Assembly: GCA_031388805.1 (NCBI GenBank)
Contig: JANMRZ010000112.1
Coordinates: 17,885-81,884 of the forward strand
DNA from: Chryseolinea sp.
GTDB taxonomy: Bacteria > Bacteroidota > Bacteroidia > Cytophagales > Cyclobacteriaceae
Reading direction: 5' to 3'
DNA length: 64,000 nt
A program made the translations under genes and the position numbers. This document shows positions 58,077-64,000 of this stretch, piece after piece. The notes beneath the pieces were generated by a model, which saw only the letters and a list, made by a program, of their open reading frames with translations, ran no database searches and was not told where the DNA came from. The first letter of the stretch is position 1; each line of letters opens with the position of its first letter.

Positions 58077-58192
58077 ATAAACTAAACCATCATTCTATTC
58101 AAGCATCAATTAATCTTGCAAATAGCAAGATTATACACTCAAATATTACGGGTTGCAATTATAATAATTATGATTTTAACCGACAAAGAAGG

Positions 58193-58849
58193 CTATTTCT
58201 TCTTCTTGTCCTTTTTCAGTGAAGTGAAAAACTTGGCCCAATTAAAAGGGTTAAGAAAAGGATTGGTAACAGGCTGGTAGCGGCTGGTAGCAGAACTTGC
58301 CCATTGATTTAGATAATAACGTTGGTTTTGATATCCATCCATCGGTGTAGACTTCATCATCAACGCAAGTAATTCTGCGTTTAAATTCTTTTTATCAATC
58401 TGCCCGTCTTCCAATGGAATATTAAGCGCTAAAACTGCTTGCTTAAAAACCTCTTCAGTTGGGAAAGGCATAATCACAACTTCTGGTAACATGGTTGTAT
58501 CCTGAACAAGGGTAACAATAATGGTTTGATATTCAGTTGCGTTTTCAGGAACAACAAATTGTTGACGCACAAATCCTACAAAGCTGATTATGATTTCATC
58601 ACCAACTAAAACCGGCATTGAGAAAAAACCTACGCTGTTTGTGGTTTGTCCGCGACCAGCTTTGGGAACATAAACGTGAACACCTGGTAATGTCATCACA
58701 CTGTCTCTGTCATCCTGACCCAACACAACTCCGGATAATTGAATGACACGCTTTTGCTGAGCAAAAACAGTTTGTGTCATGGTAAAAACCGTAAAGGTTA
58801 TTATAAAAAGGGCGATTAAATTGAAACGGCTCGACTTCACTTCCTTCAT
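58193..58849 (-). CDS. Carboxypeptidase-regulatory-like domain protein (conserved Bacteroidota hypothetical)
   Basis: Signal peptide; IQLSGVV...LPGVHVYV...TTNSVGFFSMPV...ISFVGF; LPEVVIMPFPT. Confidence 0.75.
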   Translation of the reverse strand: MKEVKSSRFNLIALFIITFTVFTMTQTVFAQQKRVIQLSGVVLGQDDRDSVMTLPGVHVYVPKAGRGQTTNSVGFFSMPVLVGDEIIISFVGFVRQQFVVPENATEYQTIIVTLVQDTTMLPEVVIMPFPTEEVFKQAVLALNIPLEDGQIDKKNLNAELLALMMKSTPMDGYQNQRYYLNQWASSATSRYQPVTNPFLNPFNWAKFFTSLKKDKKKK

Positions 58850-58929
58850 TTTATGTGACTTTCAAATATAGATATAAGCCCTACACCAGCCTAATTTATA
58901 TACCTTTACCGGCAGAGCTATGATGGTAC

Positions 58930-59319
58930 ATGAGGCTTAAAAGTTTTAACCTTACGCTGGGATCCCAGATTTTTAAAGCATGTGCTGATGAATCGCGCCT
59001 GCGCATTTTGGGGCTGATTGTGATGAATGGCGAGATGTGCATTTCCGACCTCGAAAAAATACTGGATTTTACGCAGGCCAAAACTTCGCGGCACCTGATT
59101 TATCTCAAAAATTCGGGAATCCTGAGTTTCAGACGCTACAACAATTGGGTTTTCTACCAGGTAAAAGATGAAGCGGAGGACATTATTCGGCAGATTTTTC
59201 AGTTTATCCGTAAAGATCAGCAGCTTCAAAAGGATCAACAGGCGTATCAAACCTTGTTCACTAATCGGGAGTTAGCTGTAACAAATGTTCAGGTTCAGCA
59301 GTGGTTAAAGAAAGTGTAG
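58930..59319 (+). CDS. ArsR/SmtB-family transcriptional regulator
   Basis: FKACADESRLRILGLI...CISDLE...QAKTSRHLIYLKNSGIL...WVFY. Confidence 0.88.
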   Translation: MRLKSFNLTLGSQIFKACADESRLRILGLIVMNGEMCISDLEKILDFTQAKTSRHLIYLKNSGILSFRRYNNWVFYQVKDEAEDIIRQIFQFIRKDQQLQKDQQAYQTLFTNRELAVTNVQVQQWLKKV

Positions 59320-59320
59320 A

Positions 59321-59390
59321 GTTTAAAGTTTCGAGTCTAATATCTAACGTCTAGTGTCTAAAGTCTAATCTCCAGAGTCTAATGTCTACT
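59321..59390. repeat. Degenerate heptamer tandem repeat (GTCTAAT-like), 10 units, overlapping the yjjG start
   Basis: GTTTAAA GTTTCGA GTCTAAT ATCTAAC GTCTAGT GTCTAAA GTCTAAT CTCCAGA GTCTAAT GTCTACT. Confidence 0.7.
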
Positions 59391-60086
59391 AAAAAATATT
59401 CTTGCATTTTCTTCGATCTCGATCACACCCTGTGGGATTATGAAACCAACTCAAAAGAAACACTTGAAGAGTTGTATGGCCAGTATAACCTTACTGAGAA
59501 AGGAGTGCATCACTTCAATGCATTTCATCAACGCTTTCAGGAGGTAAACGCTCAACTTTGGGTATTGTACGACACAGGAAAAATAGATAGTAGTGTAATT
59601 CGTAAGGAACGCTTCAAACAAATTCTGGAAGCATTCGATGCTTACGATGAAAAACTAAGTCACGATATTTCGCATGATTATTTGATGACGTGCCCGAAGA
59701 AAGGAAACTTAATGCCGGGAGCTATTAATGTATTGGAATATTTAAAAGATCGTTCGTACAACTTAAGTGTGATTACGAATGGCTTCGAAGAAATTCAAAA
59801 TTTAAAGTTAACCTCCGGAAATCTCCACGGGTATTTCGATCACATTATCACTTCACAGAAAGCCGGACATCGAAAACCAGCTCCTGAAATTTTTGAATTT
59901 GCATTACAGGCATACAATGCTCAGAAACATGAATCGCTGATGATTGGCGATAATTTAATTACCGATATGGGTGGTGCGAAAAAAGCAGGTATTGATACGG
60001 TGTATTATAATCCCGACAGCGTTCCGCATAACGAGACCCTGCATCATGAAATTTCAAGGTTAGATGAGCTTCTGCAAATTCTGTGA
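59382..60086 (+). CDS. yjjG: YjjG-family HAD nucleotidase
   Basis: FFDLDHTLWDY, ITNGF, KPAPEIF, MIGDNLITDM. Confidence 0.88.
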   Translation: MSTKKYSCIFFDLDHTLWDYETNSKETLEELYGQYNLTEKGVHHFNAFHQRFQEVNAQLWVLYDTGKIDSSVIRKERFKQILEAFDAYDEKLSHDISHDYLMTCPKKGNLMPGAINVLEYLKDRSYNLSVITNGFEEIQNLKLTSGNLHGYFDHIITSQKAGHRKPAPEIFEFALQAYNAQKHESLMIGDNLITDMGGAKKAGIDTVYYNPDSVPHNETLHHEISRLDELLQIL

Positions 60087-60145
60087 TTTCAATTACCTTT
60101 ACGACCCAATCTTTTTAAAGCATTAACCTAAACTCATTATATTTT

Positions 60146-61777
60146 ATGTCGAACGGATTTTATAATGTTCCTCTCCCGAAAAACGAAATTGTACTCAACT
60201 ACGCACCAGGCAGTAAAGAACGCGCTGGATTAAAAAAAGCGCTTGAAGAAATGCGTGCGCAGGTTTTGGATATACCCATGTTTATTGGCGGTGATGAAGT
60301 ACGCACAGGTAATACCAAACGTCTTTCGCCTCCGCATGATCATCAACATACCTTGGCAAACTTTCATGAAGGCGATGCATCACATGTTGAGCAAGCTATC
60401 AATGCAGCATTAGGCGCGAAAGAATTGTGGACCGGATTAAGTTGGGAAAATCGCGCGAGTATTTTTTTAAAGGCTGCCGATCTTCTAGCGGGTCCATACC
60501 GATATAAAATCAATGCGGCCACCATGTTAGGACAATCGAAAAGTCCATATCAGGCCGAGATTGATTCGGCATGTGAGTTGATTGACTTCTTGCGCTTCAA
60601 TGTGTTTTTTATGTCGCAGATTTATCACGAACAACCGGAATCATCTCCTGGCGTTTGGAATCGAATTGAATACAGACCATTAGAAGGATTTACATTCGCA
60701 CTTACCCCGTTCAACTTTACAGCGATTGCCGGAAACCTACCAACCAGTATGGCGATGATGGGTAATACCGTTGTGTGGAAACCAGCAAACACGCAAGTGT
60801 ATTCAGCGTATGTGATCATGCAAGTATTAAAAGAAGCCGGTCTTCCGGATGGTGTAATAAATCTTGTTTATGTTGATGGACCAACTGCAGGTGATGTAAT
60901 TTTTAATCATAGAGATTTTGCCGGTATCCATTTTACCGGAAGTACTGGAGTTTTTCAAGGCATGTGGAAAACGATTGGCGCAAATATTCAGAAGTATAGA
61001 TCGTATCCGCGCATTGTTGGTGAAACCGGGGGTAAGGATTTTATCATGGTACACAAGAGTGCCGATGCCAAACAAGTTTCAACCGCCATGGCGCGCGGTG
61101 CATTTGAATATCAGGGACAAAAATGTTCTGCTGCATCGCGGTGCTACATTCCATCTAATTTATGGGATGATGTAAAAAAATATTTACTCGAAGATTTAAA
61201 GTCATTTAAGGTAGGGGGTACAGAAGATTTTGGAAACTTTATCAATGCCGTGATTGATGAGAAAGCTTTCAATTCGATTACCGGCTATATAGAAAAGGCA
61301 AGACAAAATCCATTGAACGAAATTATTGCAGGAGGGAAGTATAATAAATCGAAAGGTTATTTCATTGAACCGACCGTAATCGTTTCGAAAGATCCTTCAT
61401 CACTCACCATGTGCGAAGAAATTTTTGGACCTGTACTTACAGTCTATGTTTATCACGCTGAAAATTTTGAACAAACTTTAGAACTGGTGGACAGCACATC
61501 ACCCTATGCTCTTACAGGATCGATCATTGCAAAAGATCGATACGCTATTGAACTGGCAACAACCAAACTTCAGAACTCTGCTGGAAACTTCTACATCAAT
61601 GATAAACCAACAGGTGCTGTAGTAGGACAACAACCCTTTGGTGGAGCAAGAGGATCCGGAACAAACGATAAAGCAGGAGCGAAAGTGAATCTACTTCGCT
61701 GGACTTCATTCCGTACCATTAAGGAAACATTTGTAACGCCTGTAGATTATCGTTATCCTTTTTTGGATAAAGAGTAA
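60146..61777 (+). CDS. pruA: Delta-1-pyrroline-5-carboxylate (L-glutamate gamma-semialdehyde) dehydrogenase
   Basis: EIDSACELIDFLRFN, PFNFTAI, GETGGKDF, FEYQGQKCSAASR, EEIFGP, QQPFGGARGSGTNDKAG. Confidence 0.95.
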   Translation: MSNGFYNVPLPKNEIVLNYAPGSKERAGLKKALEEMRAQVLDIPMFIGGDEVRTGNTKRLSPPHDHQHTLANFHEGDASHVEQAINAALGAKELWTGLSWENRASIFLKAADLLAGPYRYKINAATMLGQSKSPYQAEIDSACELIDFLRFNVFFMSQIYHEQPESSPGVWNRIEYRPLEGFTFALTPFNFTAIAGNLPTSMAMMGNTVVWKPANTQVYSAYVIMQVLKEAGLPDGVINLVYVDGPTAGDVIFNHRDFAGIHFTGSTGVFQGMWKTIGANIQKYRSYPRIVGETGGKDFIMVHKSADAKQVSTAMARGAFEYQGQKCSAASRCYIPSNLWDDVKKYLLEDLKSFKVGGTEDFGNFINAVIDEKAFNSITGYIEKARQNPLNEIIAGGKYNKSKGYFIEPTVIVSKDPSSLTMCEEIFGPVLTVYVYHAENFEQTLELVDSTSPYALTGSIIAKDRYAIELATTKLQNSAGNFYINDKPTGAVVGQQPFGGARGSGTNDKAGAKVNLLRWTSFRTIKETFVTPVDYRYPFLDKE

Positions 61778-61792
61778 TTTTGAAAATAATTA

Positions 61793-61834
61793 AAACAAAA
61801 AGCCTCCCGTTGATCAACGGGAGGCTTTTTGTTT
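61793..61834. terminator. Bidirectional Rho-independent terminator
   Basis: AAACAAAAAGCCTCCCGTTGA/TCAACGGGAGGCTTTTTGTTT between the convergent pruA and creD. Confidence 0.88.
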
Positions 61835-63259
61835 CTAAACAGTTGCTTCTTTATACCAATTTATTTTGCGAGAGAAATACATCACCAAACCAACAATAAG
61901 GAATAGACCAATGCTTCCTAATAATAATGAGAAGTCTTGCTGGAGGATGATAACGTATATAAACGCGTAGAATATTACCAGTAGAATTGTGAATAGATAC
62001 GAAAGCTTTCTCGTGCGAAGAAATGTAGTGGAATACAAACCAATCAGTGTGACAGTTGCGAGCGATGAAATAATATAGGAAATATTATAACCAAGGTGTT
62101 CAGAGAAGCTTAGCAAGAGTGAGTAGTAAATAATGAGTGCTGCTCCGATCAGGATATATTGAAATGGATGTATTCTAATCTTTTGTGTAATCTCAACCAG
62201 AAAGAGCGAAACAAAAGTTAGTAGTATAATCAACACAGCATATTTTGAAGTACGTGAGCTTTTTTGATATTGATCTACAGGAAGTAGCAACTTCATTCCA
62301 AATTCAGAACCGCTCAAGGTTTGTTCGTTACCTTTCCATTGTTGCGAAAACGGGCGATTGTAATGAAGTACTTTCCACGAGGCAGAAAATCCGGAATCTT
62401 TAATTTCGCTAGTGTCAGGAAGAAACTCTCCATCAAAACTAGGATTACTCCAGGTACTCGAAATTTTTACATTGGTAGTTTTACCAGCAGGTACAAAATC
62501 CAACTGCTTGCTTCCTTTCAGATTCAGTTTAATGGAAACGTCTTTCTTAAAGCTATCCTTGTTATCCCAGTTGAGTTTGGTCATAATTCCTTTGCTGGAA
62601 TACGTTGAGCTTATTTCGTTGCTTAGATCCGCAACTACGGCTTCACTTTCATTATTGTAACTTTTGGAAGCGATTGCCAAATTATTAGAGGGTTCTGTGT
62701 TGAACGGTTTTCCGCCAACTAGAAAAGTAGGATTGTCACTAATGCCTCGCAGATCAGTGATACCGAAGATCATATAAGCATCTTTCCATTGTACCATTTC
62801 TTCAGGTATGGACAGTGCTTTAAAATCAGGTTGTTGAAAATCTGATTTTATCTGAAGACTTGATTCATATACAACCACATCAAAAATTCCGCGATGACGT
62901 ATTTGTGGTTTCACATCTCCTTCAATTGAAAGATCTTCTGGTAGGAAAAATGCCTTTTCAATATGCTCGCGGATTTCTGTTCCATCTTTTCCGCGATCGA
63001 TAATTTCCTGTTTGATGTATGGAATTACCAACACAGGACCGGTTAAGGTTTGACTGCCCGACCATTTGTCGGTTACTTCTTGCACGACTTCAGCGGATCG
63101 CTGTTGTCGCTCATCTATGAGACTCTGAATCCAGGAGGATGGAATGAGCAAGATCAGAATCAAAAATCCGATCGACATAAGTTTTACCATGATCGATTCC
63201 TGAATCCATTGATTGAGGCGTTCAAAGATGTTGAGCGGAGGTGTGGGTACGGTTTCCAT
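61835..63259 (-). CDS. creD: Inner membrane protein CreD
   Basis: N-terminal TM, RHRGIFDVVVY, WSNPSFDGEFLP, PVDQYQKSSRTSKYA, IHPFQYILIG, LLLSFSEH, C-terminal TMs. Confidence 0.9.
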   Translation of the reverse strand: METVPTPPLNIFERLNQWIQESIMVKLMSIGFLILILLIPSSWIQSLIDERQQRSAEVVQEVTDKWSGSQTLTGPVLVIPYIKQEIIDRGKDGTEIREHIEKAFFLPEDLSIEGDVKPQIRHRGIFDVVVYESSLQIKSDFQQPDFKALSIPEEMVQWKDAYMIFGITDLRGISDNPTFLVGGKPFNTEPSNNLAIASKSYNNESEAVVADLSNEISSTYSSKGIMTKLNWDNKDSFKKDVSIKLNLKGSKQLDFVPAGKTTNVKISSTWSNPSFDGEFLPDTSEIKDSGFSASWKVLHYNRPFSQQWKGNEQTLSGSEFGMKLLLPVDQYQKSSRTSKYAVLIILLTFVSLFLVEITQKIRIHPFQYILIGAALIIYYSLLLSFSEHLGYNISYIISSLATVTLIGLYSTTFLRTRKLSYLFTILLVIFYAFIYVIILQQDFSLLLGSIGLFLIVGLVMYFSRKINWYKEATV

Positions 63260-63275
63260 AGATTTGAATGTTAAT

Positions 63276-63998
63276 TTATTGTTGATTTAAGATTTGAGTA
63301 AATACGTGTTGTTTTTCCATTGCATTAGTTGAGTCTTCTCGATCCAGTTCAGTCTTGTTGTGATCTATTTTGGACAAAATAGATTCCAGAACAGGAAGCA
63401 TATTATTGAGGTTGCGAGTCTTGATGATAAAATTCCAGAGCGGTTCAAATTTTTTCCAGCCTCCGCTATAGAGAAAATGTTTTAGCATGTGTTTGATTGA
63501 ATCGTGCTTTATGCTGGCACTTGCAATGTTACTCCATGAGTAGAATTCTTTGTACGCCCAATGATACCCTTGCTCCAATTCATCAGCAGAAATGTTTTTT
63601 GTTTGATACACAACATGTCGTGTATCGTATAAATCCCAGTTGTTGGTGAGGATGCGACCTTGTTGTTTCATCTCTGCATAAAGCTGTGTTCCGGGATAAG
63701 GCGTTAGAATGTGATACGTGGAGGTTGTTATTGAATTTTCAACTCCCCATTCAACTGTGCGCTTGAATACATCTTTATTATCTTCATCCAGACCAAATAC
63801 AAAACTGCCGTTGATCATGATTCCTAAGTCATGAAGTCTCTTCGTGGCTTTTTTATAATCCTTTAACAGATTTTGTTTTTTGTTGCTTTGCCTAAGATTT
63901 TCAGGAGAGAACGTTTCGAAGCCAACAAACAAACTTCGCAGTCCTGCGTCTGCGGCCTTTTCAATAAGATTACCTCGAAGAATGGCATCAACAGTAGA
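63276..63998 (-). CDS. B12-binding radical SAM protein, C-terminal part (5' end outside the window)
   Basis: The frame is open to the window edge (STVDAILRGNLIEKAADAGLRSLFVGFET); INGSFVFGLDED, ILTPYPGT. The CxxxCxxC motif lies outside the window. Confidence 0.75.
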   Translation of the reverse strand, partial: STVDAILRGNLIEKAADAGLRSLFVGFETFSPENLRQSNKKQNLLKDYKKATKRLHDLGIMINGSFVFGLDEDNKDVFKRTVEWGVENSITTSTYHILTPYPGTQLYAEMKQQGRILTNNWDLYDTRHVVYQTKNISADELEQGYHWAYKEFYSWSNIASASIKHDSIKHMLKHFLYSGGWKKFEPLWNFIIKTRNLNNMLPVLESILSKIDHNKTELDREDSTNAMEKQHVFTQILNQQ

Positions 63999-64000
63999 AG

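Noticed and set aside
436-63274. Many short ORFs in the track that overlap long genes antisense or out of frame (e.g. 436..627, 3271..3633, 11580..11900, 19041..19541, 40086..40781, 58918..59250)
   Set aside because: They are shadows of well-supported CDSs and carry no recognisable motifs.

Overview
This is a roughly 40% GC window from a Bacteroidota genome. Evidence: SusC/SusD, a hybrid two-component system, TAnnTTTG promoters and lipoprotein signals. The gene content suggests a Cytophagales-like organism, which is an inference. Left to right it contains: (1) a tandemly repeated DUF3500-type surface protein + HupE/UreJ module followed by a TonB-dependent receptor; (2) an ArsR-linked HAE1 RND efflux operon; (3) small secreted or metal-binding proteins and an rsgA paralogue preceded by a candidate 17-aa leader peptide; (4) a response regulator-kaiC-kaiB-PAS histidine kinase cluster; (5) a repeat-rich hypothetical locus, a MacB-like permease, a GNAT, a kinase with two STAS/SEC14-like proteins, and an IorAB-type Mo-oxidoreductase; (6) a 978-aa Asp-box beta-propeller gene bracketed by two diverged copies of a ~220-bp multi-hairpin element with compensatory base changes; (7) a beta-1,4-galactan PUL (HTCS, SusC/D/E-like, GH53, probable GH147); (8) a PAS-rich signalling block bounded by a 10-bp copy of the tRNA 3' end; (9) a tRNA-Pro gene whose anticodon reads AGG, then the housekeeping-type genes ArsR, yjjG, pruA, creD and a partial radical SAM gene. 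No CRISPR array, integrase or transposase was recognised. The strongest leads are the covarying structured repeat, tRNA-Pro(AGG), the DUF3500/HupE/TBDR module and the rsgA leader peptide. All family assignments come from reading motifs by eye, not from database searches.
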